From the NCBI GenBank assembly GCA_030041155.1, contig JASHOJ010000142.1, positions 437 through 64,436 of the forward strand: a stretch of 64,000 nucleotides of DNA. The letters are read 5' to 3'. This DNA comes from Candidatus Binataceae bacterium. GTDB taxonomy: Bacteria > Desulfobacterota > Binatia > Binatales > Binataceae. A model generated the notes under the pieces. It worked only from the letters and a program-made list of their open reading frames with translations, had not been told where the DNA came from and ran no database searches. This document shows positions 9,633 through 18,778 of this stretch, one piece after another. Position 1 is the stretch's first letter, and each line of letters begins with the position of its first letter. A program made the translations under genes and the position numbers.

Positions 9633-10436
9633 ATGATCAAAAAATTGCGCGCGGCGCTTTTTGCCGCGGTCATATTCGTTCTGCTCATCGGTGTGGCCTA
9701 CGCCGCCCAGACTGGACTGCTCAAGCTCGACATTCTGGGCGACATCGGCGCGGGCGCGGAGAACGCGGCACAGGTTATCGCGCCCGACGGCAAAGTCGCG
9801 GGAGAAGTGCGGCCCGGCGCCACCATCGCGCTTGCGCCTGGCGTCTACAAGCTTGTCATCCATGCGGTTGGCGCAACGATCACGAAAAACAACGTCATAG
9901 TCGAAGCGGGACGGACGCATACGGTGCTGATCACGAATCTCGCGGTGCTGCAGGTCGCCGTAACCGACCGGGACGGCAAAGATCCTGGCTTCGGCGTGAC
10001 CGTCACTTCAACCGATCCGCCGCACTCCCAGGTCGCGAGCTTTCTTTCCGGCGAGAAATATCTTTTCGCGCCGCAGATGGTTGACGTTCATGTGGACGCG
10101 CCGCCGCAGGGCTATGACTGGCATGCGGTTGTGCTCAAGCCAGGCGAGCGCGCACGGCTGACACTAGGCGAAATCGTGCCGGCGGACTTGACGGTCCAGA
10201 CCACGCTTCAGAAGCTGCCGATCGACAACTCGACTCGGGTGATTATCATGCGGGCAGGCACTCAAAGCCGCGTCGCCGAGAGTGCGCCCGGCCCATCGCA
10301 TCACTTCACCCTCAATCCGGGCGACTATGACGCCTATATCGAGAACGATTCGGGAAAGGGCAAGCCGACCGCGATGGCAACTGGAATCCATCTCGGGTCC
10401 GGGGCCAAGGTGGAGAAAACCGTTCCACTCGACTAA
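9633..10436 (+). CDS. hypothetical secreted/membrane-anchored protein
   Basis: ATG at 9633 (MIKKLRAALFAAVIFVLLIGVAYA). Beta-rich, no motifs recognised. Confidence 0.5.
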   Translation: MIKKLRAALFAAVIFVLLIGVAYAAQTGLLKLDILGDIGAGAENAAQVIAPDGKVAGEVRPGATIALAPGVYKLVIHAVGATITKNNVIVEAGRTHTVLITNLAVLQVAVTDRDGKDPGFGVTVTSTDPPHSQVASFLSGEKYLFAPQMVDVHVDAPPQGYDWHAVVLKPGERARLTLGEIVPADLTVQTTLQKLPIDNSTRVIIMRAGTQSRVAESAPGPSHHFTLNPGDYDAYIENDSGKGKPTAMATGIHLGSGAKVEKTVPLD

Positions 10437-10502
10437 AGATGAAATTTCATCGCTCCCACGCGCCAAACCCAGAAGGCGGAGGCGAGAAAAGAGAGAATAG
10501 AT

Positions 10503-10610
10503 GGCAACTGAACGACAGCGCGAAATCAGACGGCGGCGCAAACGCAAGGAAACCCGGCTCAAGGAGAGAATTCGCGAAGCTCGCAAGCAGGCGAAGAAGA
10601 AACGCTAAGC
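10503..10610 (+). CDS. candidate small ORF, 36-aa highly basic peptide (MATERQREIRRRRKRKETRLKERIREARKQAKKKR)
   Basis: ATG preceded by a purine-rich stretch (gaaaagagagaatagATG). Not in the >=60 aa track. Extreme K/R content resembles ribosome/nucleic-acid-associated small proteins. Unverified. Confidence 0.3.
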
Positions 10611-10665
10611 GCGGGCAGCCGGCTCCTGCTTGCGCGAATCTGGATTGACCAAAGGAGCATTTGCG

Positions 10666-11472
10666 ATGGCTTACGAAACTCTTCTCTACGAGGTCGCCGA
10701 CGAAATCGCGACCGTGACCCTCAACCGTCCCGCCAAAATGAACGCGTACACCGACCAGATGGGAATCGAAATCGCCGACGTGATGCTGCGCGCCGATGCC
10801 GACGATTCCGCCCGCGTGGTGATCATGACTGGAGCCGGCGATCGCGCGTTTTGCGCCGGCGCCGACATGTCGATGTTTGCGTCGAATATCAAGGCGCGCG
10901 ATCAGGGCTCACAACAGGGTGAGGCCCGCCGCCGCGGCGGAATCTCGCTGCCGATGATCATGCGCGGACTCTCCAAGCCGACTATCGCGGCGATCAATGG
11001 CTACGCGCTCGGCGTCGGATGCACCATTCCGCTCCTGTTCGACGTCCGAATCGCCTCTGATAACGCGAAGATGGGAGTGATTTTTCCGCGCGTCGGCCTG
11101 ATGAGCGAGCTCGGATCGAGCTATCTGATGCCGCGCCTGATCGGACTGTCGCGCACCACAGAGATGATGCTGACGGGGCGGCAATACGGCGCTGAAGAGT
11201 GCCTCAAGATGGGGCTCGTAAGCCAGGTCGTGCCGCAGGCCGAGCTCACCAAAAAATCACGCGAGTTGGCCGGCGAGATGCTCTCCTGCTCGCCGTTCTC
11301 GCTTGCGATGACGCGGCGCGCGCTCTATCAGGGGCTCGACGGCACTCTGGAAACCGCGATGCAGTTCGAAGGCTTCGCTCTGGAGAAGTGCTACGTCTCC
11401 GCCGAGCACAAGGAATACGTCAGCGCGTTCATGGAGAAACGCAAACCGGATTTTCGCAAGTTGAAAAAATGA
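10666..11472 (+). CDS. enoyl-CoA hydratase/isomerase (crotonase) family protein
   Basis: MAYETLLYEVADEIATVTLNRPAKMNAY...GAGDRAFCAGADM is the crotonase-fold signature. Trimmed to ATG 10666. Confidence 0.85.
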   Translation: MAYETLLYEVADEIATVTLNRPAKMNAYTDQMGIEIADVMLRADADDSARVVIMTGAGDRAFCAGADMSMFASNIKARDQGSQQGEARRRGGISLPMIMRGLSKPTIAAINGYALGVGCTIPLLFDVRIASDNAKMGVIFPRVGLMSELGSSYLMPRLIGLSRTTEMMLTGRQYGAEECLKMGLVSQVVPQAELTKKSRELAGEMLSCSPFSLAMTRRALYQGLDGTLETAMQFEGFALEKCYVSAEHKEYVSAFMEKRKPDFRKLKK

Positions 11473-11544
11473 CGGCGCGCGGACGAATTTGCCCTATCTC
11501 CGCAGGCTTGACGATGGCGCGGCAGGCCAGTAGATTGCGATTTG

Positions 11545-11574
11545 TTACTTAGTTAGTCTGATTAATCATAAATA
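11545..11574 (+). promoter_or_regulatory. putative sigma70-type promoter of the peroxiredoxin gene with 10-bp perfect palindrome TGATTAATCA in the spacer
   Basis: TTACTT, then an 18-nt spacer containing TGATTAATCA (11559-11568), then TAAATA, about 85 nt upstream of the prx ATG. The surrounding region is AT-rich. Confidence 0.35.
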
Positions 11575-11655
11575 TACCGGCAATGCGGGGTCCTCGGCTT
11601 CTGGTATGTATAATCGCGCAGCGGCCGGCGAAATTTGAAAGGCAGGTAAAGGACA

Positions 11656-12294
11656 ATGGCACTTCACATCGGCAGCGTCGCACCCGATTTCACGCAGGAG
11701 TCGACCGAAGGAACCATAAAGTTCCACGACTGGGTCGGCAACCACTGGGCGGTTTTGTTTTCCCATCCCAAGGACTTCACCCCGGTTTGCACTACTGAAC
11801 TTGGCCGAGTGGCGGCGCTCAAGCGCGAATTCGAGAAGCGCGATTGCAAGGTGCTGGCGGTCAGCGTGGACGATGTCAACTCGCACAAAGGATGGATCGG
11901 CGACATCGAGGATACCCAGAAGGTCAAGATGAACTTTCCGATCCTGGGCGACCCGGACAAGAAAGTCGCGAAGCTCTACGACATGATTCATCCCGAGTGG
12001 AACGACACGCTCACGGTGCGTTCGGTCTTCGTGATTGACAATAACAAGAAGGTCCGCCTCATCATCACCTATCCGGCGAGCACGGGACGCAACTTCGATG
12101 AGATTCTGCGCGCAATCGATTCGCTGCAGCTTACCGACAAGTTTTCAGTTTCCACGCCGGTCGACTGGAAGCATGGTGAAGACGTGATTGTCGCGCCGTC
12201 GATCAAGGATCCAGCGGTTCTGAAAGAGAAATTCCCAAAGGGAATAAGAGAGCAGCGGCCCTACCTCCGCTACACCGCCGATCCCTCGAAGTAA
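11656..12294 (+). CDS. 1-Cys peroxiredoxin (Prx6-type)
   Basis: HPKDFTPVCTTELG peroxidatic Cys motif. 212 aa. Confidence 0.9.
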   Translation: MALHIGSVAPDFTQESTEGTIKFHDWVGNHWAVLFSHPKDFTPVCTTELGRVAALKREFEKRDCKVLAVSVDDVNSHKGWIGDIEDTQKVKMNFPILGDPDKKVAKLYDMIHPEWNDTLTVRSVFVIDNNKKVRLIITYPASTGRNFDEILRAIDSLQLTDKFSVSTPVDWKHGEDVIVAPSIKDPAVLKEKFPKGIREQRPYLRYTADPSK

Positions 12295-12337
12295 CGGACG
12301 CTGACGCTCAATAACGAGGCGATGAAGCCCGGCCTGT

Positions 12338-12372
12338 GCAGTCAGGCCGGGCTTTTGATTGACTAATCTCCG
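12338..12372 (+). terminator. intrinsic terminator after peroxiredoxin gene
   Basis: AGCCCGGCCTG-tgcagt-CAGGCCGGGCT stem of about 11 bp followed by TTTTGATT. Confidence 0.6.
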
Positions 12373-12426
12373 CCGGGGCAGCTAGAGAAGCAGCAATGCG
12401 TCGGATCGGTCGCTGTTTTGCGACCG

Positions 12427-14166
12427 TTAGGGTGCAAACTGATCCAGCAGCAGATTGATGTCCGGAGTCCCCAGCCCTGAGGCCCGATCGTAACCGGGGA
12501 CCGCCTTAAATCCCGCCACGCCATGGAAGTTGTTCTTGCCGACCGTGATGTCATGCAGGCCGGTTCCGCCCGCAGTCTCGATTGAATAGAGCGTCGTGTT
12601 TGGACTGCCGATTCTCGCGACGCCCTCCTTCTGTGCTGCGAGCGTAATTATTCCTGCCCAGTACGGGGCACCCATGCTGGTCCCACCGATGCAGCAATAA
12701 ATGCCCGGAATGCCGTCGGTGTCGTAGCCAAAGAAAAACCCCGGCGCAACGGGTGATGCCGCAAACGACACGTCGGGAACCGTTCGCTTATGGACGCGGC
12801 GCAGAAATCCAGCCTGGAATGACGGCTTGGCGAAGACTTTGCTGTTACCACCGCCGCCCGCGCCAACTTTTTTCTCGTTCCAAACTGCTTCGGTCGTGTA
12901 GCTATCCACCACTGGGAATTGCGTACCGCCAACGCCGGTTGCGAAAGGATCCGCCGCGAGTTCATTCACCCCTGCGCTTGATCCAACGACGCAGGCTCTC
13001 TTCTTCTTGTTCAGAACTAATGCCGCCGCACCCTCGTCGCCTGCGGCCACTGTCACCGCCTGCCCCTGGGAGGCTGCCTGCGCCATGAGATCATTTATCG
13101 CACCGCGGTAAAAACTCTTCGCTACGCCGCAGAACGAAAAGCTGATGCTGATTACTCCGCACGTGTTTTTGTCTACCGCCAAAATCGCGGCGTCGAGCAG
13201 CCCGCTGCCGCTGCTCGTATCGTTCTCGTTACCGATATACGCGTATATCGGCGCGCCCGGCGCGGCGGCATGAGAATACTCTACGTCCAGCAGTGCCTCG
13301 ATCTCGTCCTCGCCGGTGTAGCCGGGATCGGTGGTGGCGTACAACTCGGTCGGAACGATCGGCTCGACTTGGAATTGGCCATCGAAAGCGTCGACGTCTG
13401 GCAAGGGGAAGTCTGAGTCCTCAATCACCGCGATACAATCCGCGCCGCTGCCGTCATTGCTGGAATCGGTCGGCGGCGCCTGGTCATAAAAGCTGTATAT
13501 GTCGCTGGGTCCAAAAGCCGTGGAAGTACCTATGGTCGTGTCCGGGACCGGATGAAGCTGCTCACTTTTCAGGTTCGGATGCGGCGTGATTGTATTCGAC
13601 AACCCGCCGATCGCCTGGATTTTCGAGGCAAGCGACTGCGGTATCACCGGATCGTTCACGTTGGTGTAAAGCGTTCCCGTGTCATCGGTTCGAATCTTCA
13701 CCCCAAAGGCGGTTTCCGCGCTTGCCGCAGAGCCGCTGAAATTCAGCATCCTGCGGTTCGCTCCGGTGGAACCAACGCTGAAGCCCTTGCTAGCAAGCCA
13801 CGACGAGACCGCCGCGATGTCCGAATCAGTCGGACCAAACTGCGAGTTGAATTCGGCAGGCGTCAGCCACTGATGATACTGCGGTGACGATTTGTCCTGC
13901 TGGGCCGCGATGAGCTGCTCCAACTGCGCCTCATTACGCAGCTTAAACAGCACCCGCATCTCGAGCGTCCGCGTTTGGGAGATTTCAGGTCCACTCAAAA
14001 AATCCGTGGATTCGTTAGGATGATTGCCAACCAGGACAGAGGAGCTCTCGGCGTAGACGACCAATGAGCTGCCCATGATTGCGAGCACCCCAACGCCGAC
14101 GATCACCGATTTGAGGAGAGGACCAATCTTCCAAGTCAGTCGCTGTCCGGCCCTTTGCAATTGCAT
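12427..14166 (-). CDS. S53 family serine peptidase (sedolisin / pro-kumamolisin-like) with activation pro-domain
   Basis: N-terminal pro-kumamolisin activation-domain-like region (PQYHQWLTPAEF...). The C-terminal GGTSMGAP serine motif is typical of S8/S53. Has a signal peptide. Confidence 0.8.
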   Translation of the reverse strand: MQLQRAGQRLTWKIGPLLKSVIVGVGVLAIMGSSLVVYAESSSVLVGNHPNESTDFLSGPEISQTRTLEMRVLFKLRNEAQLEQLIAAQQDKSSPQYHQWLTPAEFNSQFGPTDSDIAAVSSWLASKGFSVGSTGANRRMLNFSGSAASAETAFGVKIRTDDTGTLYTNVNDPVIPQSLASKIQAIGGLSNTITPHPNLKSEQLHPVPDTTIGTSTAFGPSDIYSFYDQAPPTDSSNDGSGADCIAVIEDSDFPLPDVDAFDGQFQVEPIVPTELYATTDPGYTGEDEIEALLDVEYSHAAAPGAPIYAYIGNENDTSSGSGLLDAAILAVDKNTCGVISISFSFCGVAKSFYRGAINDLMAQAASQGQAVTVAAGDEGAAALVLNKKKRACVVGSSAGVNELAADPFATGVGGTQFPVVDSYTTEAVWNEKKVGAGGGGNSKVFAKPSFQAGFLRRVHKRTVPDVSFAASPVAPGFFFGYDTDGIPGIYCCIGGTSMGAPYWAGIITLAAQKEGVARIGSPNTTLYSIETAGGTGLHDITVGKNNFHGVAGFKAVPGYDRASGLGTPDINLLLDQFAP

Positions 14167-14383
14167 ATAATCGCCTTGTTAGTTGTATTTAGAAGAGATT
14201 AGACTCTACTTTATCACCTGTCACTGATTCATTGTTTCACAAATTAGTAAGACGATGCTTTGAAACATTGCCAGCTCTGGATTGCCGCTAAGGCAACCAT
14301 CAGTCACTATTCTGCTCTCCATCGGCCTGCAAGACAACCGGTCAAATTTTGCAAGACTTTCCGTTGCGCGGGGCGTTGCGTAC

Positions 14384-16468
14384 TCAGCGCATGAGCCCGG
14401 TCGGAGCTGATTCGACGGGCTTTTGCAGCTCCGCCATAAGCGCGCGCGCCTGCTGATTGTCGGGCTGAATCATCAGCGCCGTCCTACACTGCTGTATCGC
14501 GTCACGATCCTGGCCGAGCGCGCGCAAGTTTAGCGCCAGAGACAGCCGTAGCTCGGCGTCCCTCGGCCGCAGCATGATCGCATGGCGGTACGCGGCAACC
14601 GCGTCCTGATTGTCGTTGCGCCGCGCCAGAACATCACCATAAAGCGTCCACACCTGCGGATAATTCGGGGTGCGCAGGCTGAGCGTGCGCAGCAGATTTT
14701 CCGCATCCGCAAGTTCGCCATGGCGAACCGCGATCACCGCTCGAATGTACTCGCTTGCGGCCGCAGTTCGCGGATCGGCGGCGGCTTGCGCGAGCGCTGC
14801 CTCGGCGGCATCGCGATGCCCAGCCCGGTCCGCCACGTCCGCCAGTTCGAGATAGAACGTGGGCGGCAGCACGGATTTGAGCAACTTGAACGCGCGCGTC
14901 ATCTCATCCCACGACTCGCCATACCGCCCTTCGATCGCATGCAATCGGCTGAGATTGTAAAGCGCGGCGCCATCGCCGGAATCGAGCCTCATAACGGTGC
15001 GGAATTCATCCTCCGCGCCGGTCAGATCGTGCTGGTTCTCCAGCACCATGCCGAGTCTCCCGTGGCACAGAGTTGAAGCCGGGTCTTCCTGGATGCACTT
15101 GGTGAATAGCCTGTATTCGTCGTGATAATAACCCTGGACTTCCCAGGCGCAGACTCCATATAGCGCGATAATCGTGATCGAAATCGCGATCGCGAGTTGG
15201 CGCGTTTCGCCGCCACGCGCGACAAATCCCGCGGCAATATCCGCCAAAATCAGTGTGAAGCCGGCCGATGCCATGTAGAGGTAGCGGTCCTGCACCAGCA
15301 TCACCTTCATCAGCCCTCCAAGATTCATCACCGGCGCGATTTCGAGCAGAATCCACACGATCAGGAAGCAATAAAGCCGGCGGTGCGGATGGCGATGAAC
15401 CAGCAGATAGACGGCACCGGCAAGCGCGGCAAATCCAATTAGCGGCAGGTAAAAAATCGGCGAGTCGGGCGTATTCGCGAACGTGAACGCATGCGCCGGC
15501 CCCGCCGTCCACGGCATTATCAGCAGGGTCGCATAATGGGCCAGCGCCGACGGGATCGATATCGCGACCTGGCCAAATGTTGCGTGATTGTTCCTCGAAT
15601 TGCGGCTTATAAATCCCAGCACCGCAACCCGCACGCAAAGGTACACGGCTGCCAGAACGAAGTATGGCGCGGTCTTGCCGAGCGCGCGGATCGCGCGGCC
15701 GCTAAGCCCGCGAAACAACGGTTGATAATCCGGACCCGGCACATCCTCGATAATGAACACATACGCCAGCATTATCGCCGGCAGCATCACGGCTTCCTCG
15801 TGGCTCAGAAGCGCGGCCACGAACAGCACTATCGAGATCAAAAGCCGACGCTGCGGCGCCTGCGCCCGTGACGCAAACATCCAGACCGATCCGATGCCGA
15901 ATGCCGCGAGCAGCGGAAAGGGGATCGCGCATGGCCACGCCGCCGCTTGCACGCCTGTCGGCATCACGCCAAACAGAGTCGCGCCGACAGTGGCGGTCCA
16001 TCGGCTCCGAGTCAGGAATAACGCGAGCTGATAGAGGAAAAAAACCGCAGCCAGATGGACCAGCACAATTGACACGTGCCATCCGACCGGATTCAGGCCG
16101 AACAGGTGGTACTGAGTGCCGAGCCATACGTCCTGCAGCGGACGATAATAACTACTCTTGGGAAAGGCGCCGGCCGGTCTGAACCACCACACGTCGTGCC
16201 AAAACGATCTCCATATGAACGACCAGTCTCCAATCAGAGGATTGAGAATGATCATTTCATGGTCGTCGTACACGAACGCGTTGCCGAAGCATCGCAGATA
16301 GACGACGAGAGTAACTCCGAGCGCGATGGCGGGACCGATAATCGGCGAGTCGAAAATGGAAGCCTGCGCCGCCCTGCGCGCTGGATGCGCCGCAGCGGCG
16401 GTTTTCAGGCGTCGACCAGCGGCGCCGGGGACGTTAGTAGGCGCTTCGCGTTTTTTCGACTTCGCCAA
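14384..16468 (-). CDS. TMTC-like GT-C fold glycosyltransferase (DUF1736-type multi-TM N-domain) with C-terminal TPR repeats
   Basis: N-terminal motif FVYDDHEMIILNP sits in the first loop of a ~10-TM domain, like the TMTC/PMT FxxDD motif. The C-terminal half holds multiple TPR units. Confidence 0.7.
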   Translation of the reverse strand: MAKSKKREAPTNVPGAAGRRLKTAAAAHPARRAAQASIFDSPIIGPAIALGVTLVVYLRCFGNAFVYDDHEMIILNPLIGDWSFIWRSFWHDVWWFRPAGAFPKSSYYRPLQDVWLGTQYHLFGLNPVGWHVSIVLVHLAAVFFLYQLALFLTRSRWTATVGATLFGVMPTGVQAAAWPCAIPFPLLAAFGIGSVWMFASRAQAPQRRLLISIVLFVAALLSHEEAVMLPAIMLAYVFIIEDVPGPDYQPLFRGLSGRAIRALGKTAPYFVLAAVYLCVRVAVLGFISRNSRNNHATFGQVAISIPSALAHYATLLIMPWTAGPAHAFTFANTPDSPIFYLPLIGFAALAGAVYLLVHRHPHRRLYCFLIVWILLEIAPVMNLGGLMKVMLVQDRYLYMASAGFTLILADIAAGFVARGGETRQLAIAISITIIALYGVCAWEVQGYYHDEYRLFTKCIQEDPASTLCHGRLGMVLENQHDLTGAEDEFRTVMRLDSGDGAALYNLSRLHAIEGRYGESWDEMTRAFKLLKSVLPPTFYLELADVADRAGHRDAAEAALAQAAADPRTAAASEYIRAVIAVRHGELADAENLLRTLSLRTPNYPQVWTLYGDVLARRNDNQDAVAAYRHAIMLRPRDAELRLSLALNLRALGQDRDAIQQCRTALMIQPDNQQARALMAELQKPVESAPTGLMR

Positions 16469-16684
16469 AGCGGCAATAATCTTATGGATTTGATCGCGCT
16501 TGCGCGATTGGCGGCTTTGCTCGCACTCGGTCGGAGTCTGGCGGCAGCCTGTGGTGAAATAAGCACGGAATCACAATAGGCCGCCGGGTCTAAAGGCCGA
16601 AAAATCAACCACGACGCACATCGACAAAGATGGAATGATATTTCAGGCAGGAGCGCGATTGCTCGCCCTTGCGCCGAGCGGCAG

Positions 16685-18079
16685 ATGTTCCAGAGCTGGT
16701 TTAGAAACCGACTTTTGCTGGTGCTGCTAAGCCTCGCCTGCGCAACCGGGTGCGGCACGATTCCGGATGTCTCCGCGCTGGTTCATTCAGCGCACGAATA
16801 CAGGCGGCCGGAGTTCGCGGGCGCGCAAGGACCGCTGACCACTGAGCAGGGCCGCCTCATAATTGCCCACCTCAAAGCCAACAGCAAAGCGACCGACGTA
16901 CTCGGACGGCATCTCGCTTTCGAACAGGCGGTAAGCGGCGCTCCGCTTATCACCGGCAACCGGGTGACTCTTCTGAAGAACGGCTATCGAACCTACGTCG
17001 CGATGCTCGAGGCGATCGATAACGCTCGCGACAGTATCAATCTGGAAACCTACATTATTACCGATGATGAAATCGGGCGGCAGTTCGCCGACGCGCTAAT
17101 CAGGAAGCATCAGGAAGGCGTTCAGGTGAACCTTATCTATGACAGCTTTGGATCAATATCGATATCAGGTGCCTTCTTCGACCAGTTGCGTAAGGCGGGG
17201 ATTCAGATTGTCCAGTTCAATCCGATAAACCCGTTCGTCGGGAATCTCAGGTGGTCCCCCGACCATCGCGACCATCGCAAGATTCTGGTGGTTGATGGAA
17301 AGATTGCATTTTGCGGCGGGATCAATATCTCCGGTGTTTACTCCAGTGGAATTATCCGCAAAAACGCGCCGCCGCCGCATACTGGCAGCCTTAATTACTG
17401 GCGCGACACTGACGTTGAGGTGGAAGGACCAGCGGTATCGCAGTTCCAGGAACTGTTTTTCGAGACTTGGTACAGCCAGGATGGGCCGCCGCTCGGAAAG
17501 CATGAATATTTTCCTCCGCTGCAGCGCAAAGGAAACGACATCGTTCGCGTTCTCGGCAGTGTTCCGGAGCAATTCAGCGTTATCTATGTGACCCTGATCT
17601 CGGCAATCAATAACGCCGAAACCAACGTTTACATAACCGACGCCTATTTCGCGCCCGACCAGCAGATGATTACGGCGCTTGAACATGCCGCCGAGCGCGG
17701 CGTCGACGTTCGGCTGCTGCTGCCGGAAAAAAGCGATGAACCGCTAATCGGCGCGGCAGCCCGATCGCACTACGCCGAGCTGCTGGCCGCCGGGGTCAAG
17801 ATCTATGAATGGAGGGGCAAGGTGCTGCACGCCAAGACCGCTACGATCGACGGCGTCTGGTCGACGGTGGGATCCTCCAATCTCGATTGGTGGAGCATCG
17901 CGCGCGACAACGAGGTCAACGCGGTAATCCTGAGCACGCACTTCGGCGCGCAGATGAATTTGATGTTCTTCAACGATCTTGAAGAGTCGCTGCAAATTTT
18001 CGAGCCGCAATGGGACCATCGCCCGTGGCTTCATCGCGTTGAGGAATCGATCGCTGGAAGCATGCAGGAAGCTCTCTAG
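16685..18079 (+). CDS. cls: cardiolipin synthase / phospholipase D family (two HKD motifs)
   Basis: HRKILVVDGKIAFCGGINI and HAKTATIDGVWSTVGSSNLD are the HxKx4Dx6G motifs. Has an N-terminal signal/TM. Confidence 0.85.
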   Translation: MFQSWFRNRLLLVLLSLACATGCGTIPDVSALVHSAHEYRRPEFAGAQGPLTTEQGRLIIAHLKANSKATDVLGRHLAFEQAVSGAPLITGNRVTLLKNGYRTYVAMLEAIDNARDSINLETYIITDDEIGRQFADALIRKHQEGVQVNLIYDSFGSISISGAFFDQLRKAGIQIVQFNPINPFVGNLRWSPDHRDHRKILVVDGKIAFCGGINISGVYSSGIIRKNAPPPHTGSLNYWRDTDVEVEGPAVSQFQELFFETWYSQDGPPLGKHEYFPPLQRKGNDIVRVLGSVPEQFSVIYVTLISAINNAETNVYITDAYFAPDQQMITALEHAAERGVDVRLLLPEKSDEPLIGAAARSHYAELLAAGVKIYEWRGKVLHAKTATIDGVWSTVGSSNLDWWSIARDNEVNAVILSTHFGAQMNLMFFNDLEESLQIFEPQWDHRPWLHRVEESIAGSMQEAL

Positions 18080-18088
18080 CAACGCGGC

Positions 18089-18775
18089 TTATGCTTTTCG
18101 CGGGACGAAGTACTGCACGCCTGGCCCGGCGCTATCGATCTCCCGCATCAGGTCCGCCAAATCGCCGGAATTTGCGATGAAGTCGATGTCCGAGCAATCC
18201 ACCACCAAAAGGGGCGCCTCGTCATAGTAGAAAAAGAAGTCCCGATACGCCGATGACACCCGCTCCAGGTACGAATAGCTGATGTAGCGCTCAAAATCGC
18301 GATTTCGCTTGCGCAGCCGCTCGGCCAGCACCTCAATCCGGGCGCGCATATAGACCACCAGGTCCGGCTTGGCCATCTGCGCATCCAGCAGCTTGTAGAC
18401 ACCCTCGTAGAGCTTGAGCTCGTCAGCGGAAAGATTAAGGCTTGCGAAAATCCGGTCCTTCGCAAACACGTAGTCGGCGATGGTCGCCTGCGCGAAAAGG
18501 TCGCGCTGCAGAAGCTCGCGCTGCTGATTGTAGCGGGTGAGCAGAAAGTAGAGCTGAGCGGGAAAAGCGTACTTTTCGGGTTCTTCGTAGAAACGGGGCA
18601 GAAAAGGATTGCTGTCCGCGTCCTCAAGCAACAGCCGCGCGCCGCGCTGTTTCGCGAGCGCCTGCGCGAGACTGGTCTTGCCAACGCCGATTGGTCCTTC
18701 GATCGCGATATAGCTCCGCTGCGCCCTCGCCGCCGCTATCTGTGCGCCGGGTTCCCGGCCTAATCGCGAAGCCAG
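18089..18775 (-). CDS. deoxynucleoside kinase (dNK family); start codon non-canonical/uncertain
   Basis: P-loop YIAIEGPIGVGKTSL lies in frame upstream of the track ORF. There is no ATG/GTG/TTG between the upstream in-frame TAA (18779-18781) and the P-loop. The nearest candidate is CTG at 18773-18775 with GAGG about 8 nt upstream. Confidence 0.7.
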   Translation of the reverse strand: MASRLGREPGAQIAAARAQRSYIAIEGPIGVGKTSLAQALAKQRGARLLLEDADSNPFLPRFYEEPEKYAFPAQLYFLLTRYNQQRELLQRDLFAQATIADYVFAKDRIFASLNLSADELKLYEGVYKLLDAQMAKPDLVVYMRARIEVLAERLRKRNRDFERYISYSYLERVSSAYRDFFFYYDEAPLLVVDCSDIDFIANSGDLADLMREIDSAGPGVQYFVPRKA

Positions 18776-18778
18776 GGC

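Noticed and set aside
18148-18684. 178-aa minus-strand ORF in an alternative frame of the dNK gene
   Set aside because: Arg/Ser/Cys-rich frame-shifted shadow. The dNK frame carries the P-loop and family motifs.
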